Positions 38,561 through 51,550 are shown, numbered from the whole stretch's first letter. The stretch is DNA of 59,975 nt, filler included, from Asterionella formosa (GCA_002256025.1; 11 parts of 11 records of this genome joined end to end with filler, not necessarily neighbours in it), one strand, 5' to 3'. The notes: generated by a model from the sequence alone, not told the origin. Translations and numbers: made by a program.

Positions 38561-38758
38561 CCAGGTACCAGCCAGGTACTTCCTCACCTCCTATCATCAC
38601 ATACATACAAACGTACATACGTACATGTACCAGCCAGATGATGCCTACGTCAAACAAGGAATAAATGTTGTACCAATCATTAGCCGTAGCAGCACCAGCA
38701 GCAACACTAGCAGCAACAACACTAGTAGCAACAACAACAAACCGTCGACATTATCTAA

Positions 38759-39915
38759 ATGGAAATCTACCCGACTGACAACAACTACGATACTGAGCCA
38801 TTCGTATCCATGGCCGAGAACAAAATAACAGTAACAACAACAGAAGCAAATAATGAAAGCATCTCAATGGAGGATTCAAAAGTAAAAGAGAAAGAAAAAG
38901 AAAAAGAAAAAGCAAACGACATTGAAGTTGAAGCGAATGACAGTCACGATCTGATTGAAACAACAACAACAGCAGCAACAACAACAACAACAACAATGAA
39001 AGAACTGATAGTTGTCAATGATAGTACTGGTGATAATGACTCCCATCCAATCGTCCCTACAATCATGATGGAGGTTGAAACTGTCATGCCAACCAGTAAA
39101 GAAGTACAACTCGACGAGTTTCGTGTTCCTGCTCTTGATTCCAGATTGATTCACACGAATGGTCCAAGAAAGAAACTGTATGCTGCAAAAACAGTCCTGA
39201 AGGAAATCAAAATGAAAGGAGAACAACAAGGAGCAAAAGGTCAGAATGATAGTGGTACGTTGTTGTTGTTGTTATTTGTATTAGTATCATTATTATTATT
39301 AGTATTATACTGGTCTTGTCGTCGTTATCGTTGTTGTGGAATACAAGTAAATGAGACACACTATTTACTATAAATATCAGGAATGTACAGCATGAACCCT
39401 CACAACCTTGTCTCCTCGCCCCCTCATTTGAAAAAGACTCTAAACAAGTCACTGGATTGACTGCCACAGAAAACATGCCTACCATTTTGGAAGGACTTAC
39501 AGCAAAAGGTGTTGCATTGGATGACATTCCAATTGCCCATGCTCTCTACCTACCTCGTGATGGTGGTAATACTGTTCCTACCAACAACAAATCCAACAAA
39601 AAACATTCTACCAAAAATTCTCCAGCCAAGAAAAAGACACCAACCAAACATAATTCAGGTCCATTGGAGAAAGCTATTGAAATTTGGTGTGGTGTCCCTG
39701 AAGAACCAATAGAGGGGGGATGGACAGAAGGATGGCTATGTAGGAAATTTCAACGTCAAGGAGGACTTTCTAAAGGTCATTGTGATCGATATTGGTATTC
39801 TCCAAAAACAGGAAAGAAATTTAGGAGCATGGCAGAGATTAAGAGATTCATGCCCTTGTTGACGCAATGTAATGGGGATGAAAACATGGCATGGGATTTG
39901 TTCAAAAAGAAGTAA
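38759..39915 (+). CDS. Methyl-CpG-binding domain (MBD) protein; acidic low-complexity N-terminus, intron near 39255-39390 with unresolved boundaries
   Basis: C-terminal EGW..RKFQRQGGLSKGHCDRYWYSPKTGKKFRSMAEI matches the MBD consensus GW.R....R..G...G..D.YY.SP.GK.FRS..E. Confidence 0.75.
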
Positions 39916-40901
39916 TAGGTGCTACCATACTGTCATTTACATTCAAGTCACTTGTGTTACCATACTGCTAGTACAAAACTGCCTGAATGCAGAATAACAT
40001 GTCTTGCAATGAAAATTACAAGAATGTAAATTCTGAGAGTACTGGCGGCTCCTTTCTTAACATGTAAGATAGTCAGCTACATACAATCACCTACACACAC
40101 ACACACCCCCATTCCCTGTCTCAATAATTCAGTAAAGAACATGAAATGATCTCTCTTTTCCATGTCCTTGACAGCAGAATTGATATGATACCTTCTTTGG
40201 AATACTTTCTTCATTCTTGTCCAGTTCTGCTGCTGGGTTCCACAAGGAATCAATTTCTCCAGGAAAGCCTCCTTTAATGTTCAAAATTAAGCAGTAGTCC
40301 TCTTTGGTCATGTCAATGATTTCACAGCTGTCCTTTACAGCAGCAGTGTAGCAGAAAGCAAAGCATCCTCATGACAGCCCAGCAGATGTTTTGCAGAAAT
40401 GATGGACAAAATGTCCTTTCATGAGTTGGCAATCAAAGAGTGCTTGGCCCATGATATGGTCAAGGAATTGATAATAAAAAAGATGATGATCAGGGCATGG
40501 AGGATTTATTTAATACATAAAAAGAAAGCAGCACAAAAATTGAAACACATCAACAATGTTACAGCTATGACTCACTGCTTGCTGGATGAAAGGTCATGCA
40601 AATTGGATTGTGTGCTGAGGACAACCATAGTCACCTATATCTGTATCAAATAAGTTGTTTTCTGACACATGTTCAAACCACTCCCTTGCCAATAATCCAC
40701 CAGCATCAACCCCCTTGCAACCCAGTAAAATTCATAACCTCCACCTCCTCTTGCATGCAAATGTCATCATGACCCAATGTCTTGATTGCTTCCACACTAT
40801 CATGCAATAAGACAACAGAATGGGATGTACAACAATCTCGACATGTCCCAAGATTCCAATAAGTTGGACTGCATAGGTAATTGAAACCAGATATTGCCAA
40901 T

Positions 40902-40986
<85 letters not shown>

Positions 40987-41001
40987 GGGGGNNNNNNNNN
41001 N
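40902..41001. other. Poly-G run next to a 10-N scaffold gap (probable sequencing or assembly artefact)
   Basis: About 90 G immediately followed by N10. Confidence 0.7.
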
Positions 41002-42473
41002 AATGAAAACCCAAATTGCCAAAGTTCCCCCCCCCCCCAACATGCAACCTTCACCATAGTCAAACGTTTGTATTTTCTGGGTTGTTTTAGCCTGTTTTTC
41101 CTATAGGTAAAACATCTTTTTCGAGTTTCACCAATATACTTTTAGTCCCCTTCTATGTAAAATCCCACCAAGATCAGGAAACATCCTATGTCAAACTACC
41201 ATCATGGGAAGCCAAACTCAACTGCAATGTGAACAAACTTGCTACACTTGCACGGCATTGCATGCATTGCAACATAGGGGTTGGGTGGGCTTACATTCTA
41301 CAGCCTAGTCATGGAGCAACCTTACAGATTGGCAATCAGTGGATCATGAGTCATGTCTCCAAGGGACGAGGCGACTTACAGGGAGGAGTTAGCATGGTAT
41401 CTCATCACACGACCTGGTTGGGACACCAAGGAAATCTTCGACATGATTGATTGTCCGGCGCGCAATAGAGCAGCAAAGAAAATAAAAGGCTCTCAAAAAA
41501 TCACCCTGTTTGAATTGGAATTCGATTTGTTAATGTTTTCATACATTGTTCATTGTCCTCACCACACAAGGGACGCCCGCTGGATCACATGGAAACAAAC
41601 TATCAGAGCTCTCACAAATAAATACACCTGTACTTATGTTATAAATCACTAGTCTGTCCTGCTGATCTATCTGTTTGTCTGACACATGAAGTGTTGTGTA
41701 CTCAAGTGACTCGTTATTCTAGTCCAGTTAAACTACTCTAATCAAAAGTGTGTTATTTGGCATTCAAAGGTGCCTTTTTCCTTTCGTTTGCCACTCATCG
41801 TCATTGGCGTTTTTCATTTTTGTCGTGAATCGTGTTCATACAACCATCACACTATTTTGGCTATGGAAATAATCCACAGTAAATGATTAGCTGTGCACGA
41901 TTTTTTTCTTTTAAGTAACAGTTATAAATGGCTTTGAGCCACATTATTAAATCGTTTTCCGACAAATTCTAGAAGCAAGTATGCTAAAATCGATCCCCTC
42001 TTTCGCCCTTTGGCACGATATAAGTTAGTTCATTAAGCTACATGAGAATTAGATCATTTCTTTACTTGAACAAATTTTAACTGAGATCTCTCTATTCTAA
42101 AAGTGACCAAAACGGTCGAAGTGGCTCAAAGTCATTGATTGAAATTTTAGCATGAATGTAGTTACTTTTATATGGATGCAAAAAAGTAGAATCGCAAATG
42201 TGCAAGAAATTGAAGGTCGATGTAAAAAGGGTTGTAAGTTTTTTTCATGGTAATGATTACTTTGTAGTGATAGAGAGCAACCTTAACTCCAATGTCATAA
42301 CAATTAATGATGGCCTCAAACTAGCTCTTAAATGTTGGTTTCGCCTTATCACCATTTTGCTTAAACGAACGAAACTAATTGGAAGGAACTCTTCGCCAAC
42401 TCTCCATTCCAATGCTTAAAAAATTTTTAGCTGCTGGTAACAGATAAGGATATCTGGATCATTTCAAAGTCAA

Positions 42474-42543
42474 TCATTGTGATGGTGATGGTGATTGTGA
42501 TTGTGATTGTGAATGGTGATGGTGATTGTGATTGTGATTGATT
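42474..42543. repeat. (GTGATG/GTGATT)n hexamer microsatellite
   Basis: Directly visible in the sequence. Confidence 0.8.
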
Positions 42544-44090
42544 TTAACAACTGAGGGGATACCATAGGACAAGGAATTCTTGCAGGAGTAGATCTTGCAA
42601 CAGTTGCTCCAGCGGAAACAGCAGGAGTTCTTTTAATGAAATCAGAAGTTTTTGCAGCACAACTTTCTGACGTTTGAACTGCTTCAGCATTGTCTTGACT
42701 GTTTTCAAGTACCATGAATTCATCATTGACCTAATGCACCATCATTGTCTATCCCAAGGTCTGTAAAATCAACCTAAGCATCTGCTCTTTCCTCTATTTT
42801 TTGGATAGCATATCGGACCTCAGCAGGACATTTTGGGTCCTGAAGTCTTGCTTGCTTGTTCTTGTCCTCATGCTTCACACTTGCCAACCCAATCTCTGCC
42901 ATGCATTTTAGTGATTCTAGCAACTTCTGCCTTGGCTTCCTTGAACGGAATACCTCTGCCATCAATATGCCACTTCTAAATGTAGCACTCTATGTAATAC
43001 CAGTAGTCTATTGAGGTCTTCTAAATATCGGTACCAGTACCAGTTACTACTCTGGAGTGCCAGGCTACCTCGGTGTTGGCACTCCGAGTACCTGGTAGGT
43101 CTTCATATTAATCATACGTAAAATACATGGACGTAAAGAATTGATTTTCCAAGAGGGTACAACAATATACGACTAATCTGAGTTGAAATTTCAACCAAAA
43201 GGAAAGAAAAAATTCAACCCCCAGCGCAACCGGGTTGAATTTCTTGGAGGTCAGTACCTGGTACCAGTCAAAAACTGCTTAAGACCACTATATTACCCCG
43301 TTTTTGGACTAAAATTAGAAAAATGTTCAGCCGACCCCATTTAAAACCCTTTGAACAGAGGTCAACTAATGCATGCAAGCACTAGATAAATGAATCATTT
43401 TAACAATTGGAAGGATATATCTTGCGATATCCAACTTTTTAAGTCGTTCATTTTGCATTTTAGTGGTCTTAAGCCATTCATTTATTTTTCATCATGTATA
43501 TATACTTTTTAATGGTAAACGGTTAGAAAATATTACCTCGTTTTCCNNNNNNNNNNNNNNNNNNNNNNNNNNNNNNNNNNNNNNNNNNNNTTAATTAATT
43601 AANNNNNNNNNNNNNNNNNNNNNNNNNNNNNNNNNNNNNNNNNNNNTCAAATGAATTATTTGAAACATCAACTAATTCAGTCTCGCGTTCAAAATTCATT
43701 GTGAAAACTTCACATGAAACAGTTAAAACTTCACATGAAACCGTTAAAAGTAATCTTTTTTACGTGAAGAGTGGCATTAATGCATGTGAAGTACCACATA
43801 ATTAACACTCATACGTAGACGAAATTTCGAAAAGTGGCGTATTTCGCGGCTTAGATGAGCCACTTCCACTGGATACATGCTCTAATTGGTTGTGGCCCCC
43901 CTACTAGTACCATCACAATCTACTCTGTACTGAGTATAAAAAGACGCTCACAAACGCCCACAAGAGCCTAAGAAGTGGTTTTTTTTCTTTCTGACTTCCT
44001 GACTTTGTTGTTCCTTGACTTCATCTCCCAACAGTCAAGGACTCCGCTTGCCTCGTCGGCTCAGCGCTCACCTTCCCTCTTGGGAGAAGA

Positions 44091-44272
44091 GGGGGGATAT
44101 TGAACACTATCTTACTTTATCACAATAGCACAAAAACTGAGTGGAAAGACAGCAGATAGGGGAGACTTGACTATCTTACTTCATCACTATGGCACAACTG
44201 AGTGGAAAGACAGCAGATAGTAGGGGAGATTTGACCTATGACTGTAGAACCGTGGCAGCAGACAGGGGAGAT
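44091..44272 (+). repeat. Minisatellite of about 60-65 bp, 2-3 units
   Basis: ctatcttactt..atcac..aactgagtggaaagacagcagatag..ggggaga is repeated. Confidence 0.75.
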
Positions 44273-47200
44273 ATAATGCACCACAGAAACACAACTGATA
44301 TTTCAAAGCTTAAGATGGAAAAGGCTGTCCTATAATTCTTAAAATAACAACCCAATCACACAATAGTATACCCCAGACAGTGCCATATTAATGCCACATG
44401 CCAGAGGAACAAACCATTGGATGGTAGACTAATAGGAACCATGCACACTTCACAGCTGCCACATAAAGTGATGAGCAATGCATTAGAGTTGTTTGGAGCT
44501 TTATGATTGATGAAGATTATTGCTGTAGCAGATCTGTGCCAAATTGTGACACATGGGAATAATTACCTGTTGACCATAATTGTGGGCCACCAATTGAATG
44601 AAGGGGAGCAGCAGAGCGATAATGCAGCATACCTCTGATAAATTCATTCAATGGTGAACGTCAACAGTACCAGGCAGTATGTTGGAAGATACACATGTCC
44701 AATACGTATGTATGTGCCAGTTCTTGAATATATGGATTTGTGACAGAGAGCATACTGCTACCAGCAGCAGTATGCAGACCCAACAAGGAATGCAATAAAT
44801 TTGTAGCGCACAAATGAGTAGATCGTAAAAATTGGTAACTGTATTTCTCTGTGTCCTGTGGCATATGCTTTTGTCGTGATATGTTCAGCGCTTCTTTATA
44901 TTTTGCTTACTACTTTACTATATGGAATCTATATTCATAGTCTACCGGTATACTGGTACTTTAATCTTTCTTCATCACTCAATCTGTTCAATTGTCGACT
45001 CCGTCGTGGTTTGGTTTTGTGGCATGTGCTGTTGCTGCACACTGCCGCCATAATAATTTGTATGGTGCTGCTTTGATCCACACTCCGTAAGATTTTTTCT
45101 CTATGTCACTTAAAATTTGCTTGTGCTCTGCAAAATGGAACAACTGACAATTGCAAAGCGCAACCTAATTACCAAAATGACTGAATATGGCTTGCAAATT
45201 TCGAACATAAAAGCCAGCTTCATCGATGCAGCTCTGAAACTACTGAAAAAACGGTTCTGAAATTGGAAATTCCAGCGTCCCTGCAATCCTGTTTCTCGAT
45301 CCGTCAATCGTGGCACATCCGAAGTAAATCAGAGATTTATTTCGATTTCTGTTGTTGGACTGATTCTTTGGATGGCTTTTAGTTGTCCTGATTTTTCGAC
45401 ATCACAAGTGATTCTCTCTCAAGCATTCTCCCTCAGTAGTAGGACCATCAAAATTTAAAATTGTGGGACAATGTGACATGTTTTCAATGTAAAATTTGTT
45501 GAGTCATAATAGTACTAGCTAGTACTACTAGCTAGTAGTGGCTTTGTGAAGTTTTGTTAACCACCACTCCATGCTTTGCTGATTGTACCCTTAAAAAAAG
45601 TTTTTCACTTTAGCTTCTTTTAATCCAGGTTGAGTACATGATTTTTTGATTAAAAAGTGTAAGAAATGTAATATTTTGCTTGATAAACCCTACCTACTTA
45701 ACACTATAGGGTTTTTGGGCTATGCAACAACTTTGAGCTGTTCTAGCCTAGTTATCCTCAATTACCGGCAAGTTGCTGTCGTTTCTTTGAAACGAACAAT
45801 ATGATGCCAGAAGCGCGCTTAAGTTCATTATACATACATAGAGAACGTCATAAGAATTGAAATCCACTTTACCATGTAGTAGGTATAATGCCAATTTTAT
45901 TCCTTCTTTTTTGCTGGACCTGATTATATAGCTATCATACATATGCATGGCTGGATTCATGCTCAGGGTACCCGAGGTAGCCCTTGTAGGCACTGTAAAA
46001 TAATTATATAGCTGCAAAAATGCTATTCTTTTGTATATAAAGCACTAGAGTGTAGTTGTTGTGAGCGGCTGGAGCCTTGACCATCATGAAAAATGCGGTT
46101 TGCTACCTCCACAAAAAGTGAGAATGGCGTTTTCCTATTTGGTGCATATATCAATCACGACATGTAAAATACAACCATGAAGGATTATTGGAACAACACT
46201 AATAATGACAATGAAAATTGAACTTGCCAATGGCACATTTTTCATGTAATCTAGAGATCATGCACAATTCAAGCGAAAATGTTACAAAAAGAATGGACAC
46301 TTTAACAGTTAGGAGCTGTACAACAAATAATGCTACGACTAAATCAATAGCATGAATAATCAAGGCATAAGATTTGAAATAAGTTATTTCTCAACTGAGA
46401 GTTGACTGATTGCGAATTGGTAATTTGGATAGTTGTGGAAGCTGACAAATGATGATGACTAAATAAGATGACAACTAATACAGAACTTTTGTATCGAGGT
46501 AATGGTATGCATATCAGCTAATATAGCTAATGATGGTCCTGCCCATTTACTGCAACCATTACTAGGTACCTTTCAGGGTAAGGATAACTTTGGCCCTGGT
46601 AGCATTAGCTAAGAGGACTCAAACTACTTGAACTATTCCAAGTTTGGTTTGTCATTTATATAATAGATATAAATTTACTCTTCATTTTCCTGGATTAGAA
46701 GAACTCGAAAATTTGTAACTAAAAAAGAAACTACAGTTCACAAACCTACCTTTCCTTTACAAAATGACCATCTTGGTCCAAATGCCTGAGACAATGATGA
46801 CCAAAACAGGTTTAACAAGGCTGATGATTGATAACCAAAATGGCAAAAACAGCAGCATTCGAAATCTCGGGATAACAATGAAGTTCCAGTGCAGAAATAT
46901 GCAGTTTTCTGCACTTATACTATATGCATTTTTATTTTGCTTGATTTCATATTGGCCTTTTCAGTTGTGGCTGTCGAAGATTAGTTGTAACTTTAATGTG
47001 GGTCAATATTGTGAGACCAGGAGAATGTTCGGGGATAACCTTGCCAGAAGTGATTATGTTGCAGTACACTAAAGAGTAATTACTATTCTGGCATGCTGAT
47101 CTAGATTTAATATCCCTTGTTCCTGACGGTATTCATAGTTCGAAAGAGTGGCATATAGGTACAGGTTCTGTCGTAGATGGCAATATATTCCTGAGGACCA

Positions 47201-47359
47201 CCTTTACACAGATAATTCAAACGAGTCCTAACAAAGCTGACAACCAATGCATTATGGCACTGAGATCAGAAGGCATTTTTTAGAAATGCAAAACTAGAAA
47301 CTACCCCAAACACGACAGGTGGCCCTTTCTCATATTCCATTATGTTTCTAAATTATTGC

Positions 47360-47767
47360 TTACGCATCGTCCTCGGCCCGAAGCTTGGCGTTTCCATTGG
47401 TAACACGAACCGCTAGTTGCTCAGCTCTCTCAACGATTTGTCTGCGGACTCTGGAGGAAACACTCTTCGCTACAGTGGCGGCATAGGTTCGGTTGTGCAT
47501 CATCAGCATCTCCAACTCTGAGGCATTGTTGATCACAACTGTCTTGAAACCGTGAGGGTGGATGTTTCGTGTGCGCTTATCGGAACCGAATCCGATGCTG
47601 GGCATAGGAATTGCGCCCTTGAAACGACGACGGACACGTCCATCAATACCCTTTGGCTTTCTCCAAGATGAACGCTGGATGCGCATAAAGATGTCACTCT
47701 GATGGCGAGCGAACTTCTTCGTGCGCTTCTTCACAATAGTGCGCTTGACGATGGGAGTGACAGCCAT
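47360..47767 (-). CDS. RPL32: 60S ribosomal protein L32 (eL32)
   Basis: [61 protein letters not shown]. Confidence 0.97.
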   Translation of the reverse strand: MAVTPIVKRTIVKKRTKKFARHQSDIFMRIQRSSWRKPKGIDGRVRRRFKGAIPMPSIGFGSDKRTRNIHPHGFKTVVINNASELEMLMMHNRTYAATVAKSVSSRVRRQIVERAEQLAVRVTNGNAKLRAEDDA

Positions 47768-47777
47768 GTTTGTCGTT

Positions 47778-48034
47778 CTGATGGATTTCGAGAAAGAAAA
47801 ACGTTAGAAATTGGAATTGAAAGTAGAGCGTTGCGGGCAGTGACATTGTAACGGTGCTCATATCCCAGTCGCCATGTCCGAAACATCGCGGCTGTTTTGA
47901 TGCATCAGTATCAGGCAGAAGACCAAATCACCAACTGTTGCCGCTGACGTGAATCAGTACGGAAATTCGGAACTTGGAATAGAGCAGTCCTTGGGAAAGA
48001 AACAACACCTCCTCGAGCATCATGGTCAACACAC
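47778..48034 (-). other. Predicted 257-nt 5'-UTR intron of RPL32, preceded by a pyrimidine (TOP-like) tract
   Basis: Minus strand reads CCTTTTTTCTC...AGAAAG|GTGTGT...TTCTAAC (branch point)...pyrimidine tract...CATCAG|AACGACAAACATG. Confidence 0.6.
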
Positions 48035-48394
48035 CTTTCTTGCGGTTCGATGAGAAAAAAGGACCTTGCACGGCATATAATCTACAAGCAAGATGAGTTG
48101 ACAATGTTGAGTAAGAGGTAACTTTCTGTACAGTAGTCGGATGGGTCATGATGTTCAGGGCAGGCTCTAGCCAACAATGAATAACGCACGGCGGCGAAAA
48201 TCTTGTATGGTCTGTACATATGACCGTCGGTACCTGGATGTACCTGGTACTAATCCAGCTATTACATACAGGTACATAAAATGTACCTTGTAACCCTTAG
48301 GCCGTGGAATGCCTGCTATGTAGACTCTGGTATTATACAGGGATACATGCCATGTGCAATACAGAATACTACTGGTACCTGGTGGAGTACCAGG

Positions 48395-49024
48395 TGAAGT
48401 ATCTAACTAGAAGTAGTAGTATTTGTTGAATATATGAGCTTATTTGTTAATCCTTGTGTGTAACTCGTTCTCCAAGTCGACACCAAAGTATACAATGAGG
48501 GTTAGTCGAGTTCTCTCATTATTGAGTTCTGATACATATATGATATAACACTAACCCTATATACATCTGTATTGATGCGCAAGATCGCTCACTCTCCCAC
48601 ACCAAGGGAAAACCTTTTACCTTTGAAAAGGTTTGATGTAATGGATATTAATTCGTTCCGTTGTATGCATAGTTTGTTGAAAAGTAACTGTACCATAGGA
48701 TTCGATAGTGATGTAGGAATAACAATACGTCAAGTATCTCCTGGATTCTTTACAAAATACATGAAATGTATATGATGAAAATTGATAGAGGGAAAATTTA
48801 ACAGATGTGTTTGGTTTGTTGATTGAGAATGAGATGAGTTGTTTGATTGAGAATCAATTGTATATCCAGCAATTGTCTATCATGTATTGAGTAATATTCC
48901 AGAGGATATTGAATATTGTCTGCCAAAATTGGATGATTGAGGGAACAGGTAAACAAAGGTTCATCATCTACTTCAATTGAGAAAGTAGAAATGGATGTTG
49001 ATGCTGAAGATTTCGGTCCAATAT
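48395..49024 (-). mobile_element. Second copy of the Gypsy element (LTR 48395-48591, PPT, internally deleted pol)
   Basis: Reverse-complement match to about 38259-38560. Upstream sequence translates as a pre-integrase region (..LNHP..YPL..RIVIPTSLSNPMVQ). Confidence 0.85.
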
Positions 49025-49124
49025 NNNNNNNNNNNNNNNNNNNNNNNNNNNNNNNNNNNNNNNNNNNNTTAATTAATTAANNNNNNNNNNNNNNNNNNNN
49101 NNNNNNNNNNNNNNNNNNNNNNNN

Positions 49125-49252
49125 TGTGTATCACCAACGGTTTTTTTGGTCTGATCACCGGTGTATCATGGGTGTATCACTGATACAGTTTTTGGACCCC
49201 TGACCAATGCTGTATCACTGATCAAGCCGTTGATCACTGTGTATCACGTCCG
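49125..49252. repeat. TGATAC/GTATCA-rich DNA-transposon terminus; second copy at about 59850-59975
   Basis: Near-identical block of about 125 bp, gtgtatcaccaacggttttt...gatcactgtgtatcacg, at the ends of two contigs. Confidence 0.75.
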
Positions 49253-49687
49253 TTGCCACTGATAAAATAACTGTAAATACGCAAGCACAACACTATTAAA
49301 TATTGCGCCAACTATTTTTTGTTATATATATACTACGGTACTCTGTATACATTACCTTTCAGCTTCGTGAGTCATACAAGAATCAGTAGTCCGCTCATCT
49401 CTATACCAATCTTCCGACATCGACTATATCTCGATTAATTGGCGCAATGAGCAGCAAAGTAGTGGGTACGGCTGAAACTTCTGATGCTGCCTCTATTCGC
49501 ATTGATTCGGAAGAGAAGCAATGCGTTGTAGCTGATGAGGACGTCGAAGATATTGTTGAGTTGTCTACTGCTGATCCAACCGACATTGACGAGATGGTTC
49601 CTCCACCTGAAATGAAAATACCTCCAACTGCTGACACACTCGACATTGACGAGATGGATCCATCCGAAAATGTCGTACCTGCAACTA

Positions 49688-49897
49688 CTATTGCCAGGAG
49701 ATTCTTTCGTGGTGCCACTTGTGCCTTCGTTGTCGTCGTCGTTCAGATGACTGAAGCTGCCGTTTACAGCGTCGCCTTTGTCGTTTGGATGAGTGTTCTT
49801 TTTCCTCTGCTTCCTTAGTTAAATGACAGAGGAAGAAGAAATCAAGATCACTACTGTCATCGTCATTATCATCAAGTAAATCAAATGGCGACGACAT
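49688..49897 (-). pseudogene. Possible N-terminal fragment of a PIF/Harbinger-like transposase
   Basis: Acidic start (DDNDDDSSD), basic patch and W.HER. TGATAC motifs nearby at 50050-50170. No catalytic core is visible. Confidence 0.3.
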
Positions 49898-51295
49898 GAT
49901 TCATGCAAATGTGTGTTTTTAATATTATATTTAGTTTCCCGGTAATTATATTTTGTTGTTGCTTGATATCAAGACCATCATTATATTCTGGAGGGATATA
50001 CACATGATCTTCGCCAGCCTGTTGCCGTTGAAGATTCATTTTACTCCATGATACAATGTGATCACAAATTAGTGATACAGTGACACTTTTGGAATGAATG
50101 AAATTCAGTTCAAATCGAGTTACCGTTGCTGATACATTTTCAAAAAAATTCAAATTCCGTGATACACGAAAAAAAATGATAAGAACGACCCTTAGGTATA
50201 TATATGACTCACAGTCAAATGAGTTGTGTGTACCAAGCAACCATCAATCACACAACATTATTCTGGAATAATGCATTATTCTGGAATAATGAGCCAGATG
50301 ATACTGGTAGACTACCACATTTGGAAAACTGATTGTTTGAATCTAATGATCAATGGTTATAAATCTGTGGTCTATGAATGTGAGGTAGACATCATGGGTC
50401 TATCTATGAATGAATGATCAAACAAATACAGACAAAATTTGGAGATTAGTTCACTTGATTATTCAAATGGCTGTACAAGTCTAATAACTAGCTCAGTAAA
50501 CAACAAAAAGAATATAGTGATAAACGAGAAATGAACATTTCTGTCTAATGTCTTCTTTGTCTAATGATAGACCTATATTAAAAAGGTAATACTTTAACAC
50601 ACTGGGTGAAGAAGTATGTAGTAATATAAGTTTTTATTTTAGTTAACCCAAATTAGATCACCTAAAAATCTACATGGATACAACAAACGCCATACATAAT
50701 AAAATAGAGTTCTGATGAATAGAACTTGACTGAGATCAAAAGAAATCTTCACCCTCTTATGCAGAATTTTACCCTCTCCCACATCATGCAAAGAAAACCT
50801 TTAGTGATAAAATGGCTTGATGCGATGAATGCTCATTATTTCTGTAATATGCAATGCACGATATGGAGGAAGTGGATTCACAAATCAGGGTTCGATATAG
50901 ATTTGATCAACAAATGGTTATGGACAGCGACAGATCATTCTTCCTGCTGCTTCCAATGGAAGTTAGAATTAAAAGACATACTTTACAGCAGAAGCGCTTG
51001 TGAGTGGAAACTGCGGATCTAGCTTTTAATACCTGTAATCAAGAAAATACCTCCAATTACAACAAACGTTGTGGGGAGTATTCGCCTTGCACCTGTATGT
51101 AAAAGTGGCCATGGAAGATGTCCTAGGCTTCATAAGAAACCAGAATGATTATGAAGGAGTGTAAACCCTGGCACAAGTGCAATTTCTAGCTCTATTAATG
51201 TACTCTAAAATTTAGTTGTGAAATCAACAATATGCAATGCACATTGGAATGTAACTGTACCATTTCCATGTATGTAGTATTTGAATAGTATGGTA

Positions 51296-51550
51296 GGGGG
51301 TATGGCTCAGTTGGTTGGGTCCATTGTTGCCTTTGATTTGAAGTTGTATGGTTCGATTCCCGCAATCTTTTTAGAAGCAATTGTTGGATTCGACGCCCAT
51401 AGTAGTCCTCACCATCCCGCGTGGCCTTTCCTGGTGTGCAAGTAAATGTGGATTGCCCCTCCCTACAAGCAGTGTGCCGCCTTCCTAGGTGGTCGGAGTT
51501 GTGGCTAAGACAATCAGCTTCTGAGAAAAATGGTTGGGGAGGGAAGCACA
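51296..51550 (+). mobile_element. tRNA-derived SINE-like repeat, copy 1
   Basis: A-box TGGCTCAGTTGG and B-box GGTTCGATTCC in a degenerate tRNA-like head, followed by about 190 bp of body shared with copy 2. Confidence 0.55.

Noticed and set aside
40706..41106. Poly-Pro/poly-Gly ORFs and a possible G-quadruplex
   Set aside because: They derive from a homopolymer G run next to a scaffold gap, which is typical of a sequencing artefact.
44091..44272. Repeat units with variable intervening sequence resembling a CRISPR array
   Set aside because: Only 2-3 units, the intervening parts are themselves homologous, no cas genes are present and the context is eukaryotic.
49447..49818. Acidic ORF with TAD..DIDEM repeats as a host gene
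   Set aside because: No recognisable domain, and it overlaps a probable transposon fragment on the other strand.
51296..51370. Functional tRNA gene
   Set aside because: Acceptor, anticodon and T stems do not pair properly, and homology to the second copy extends far beyond the tRNA part.
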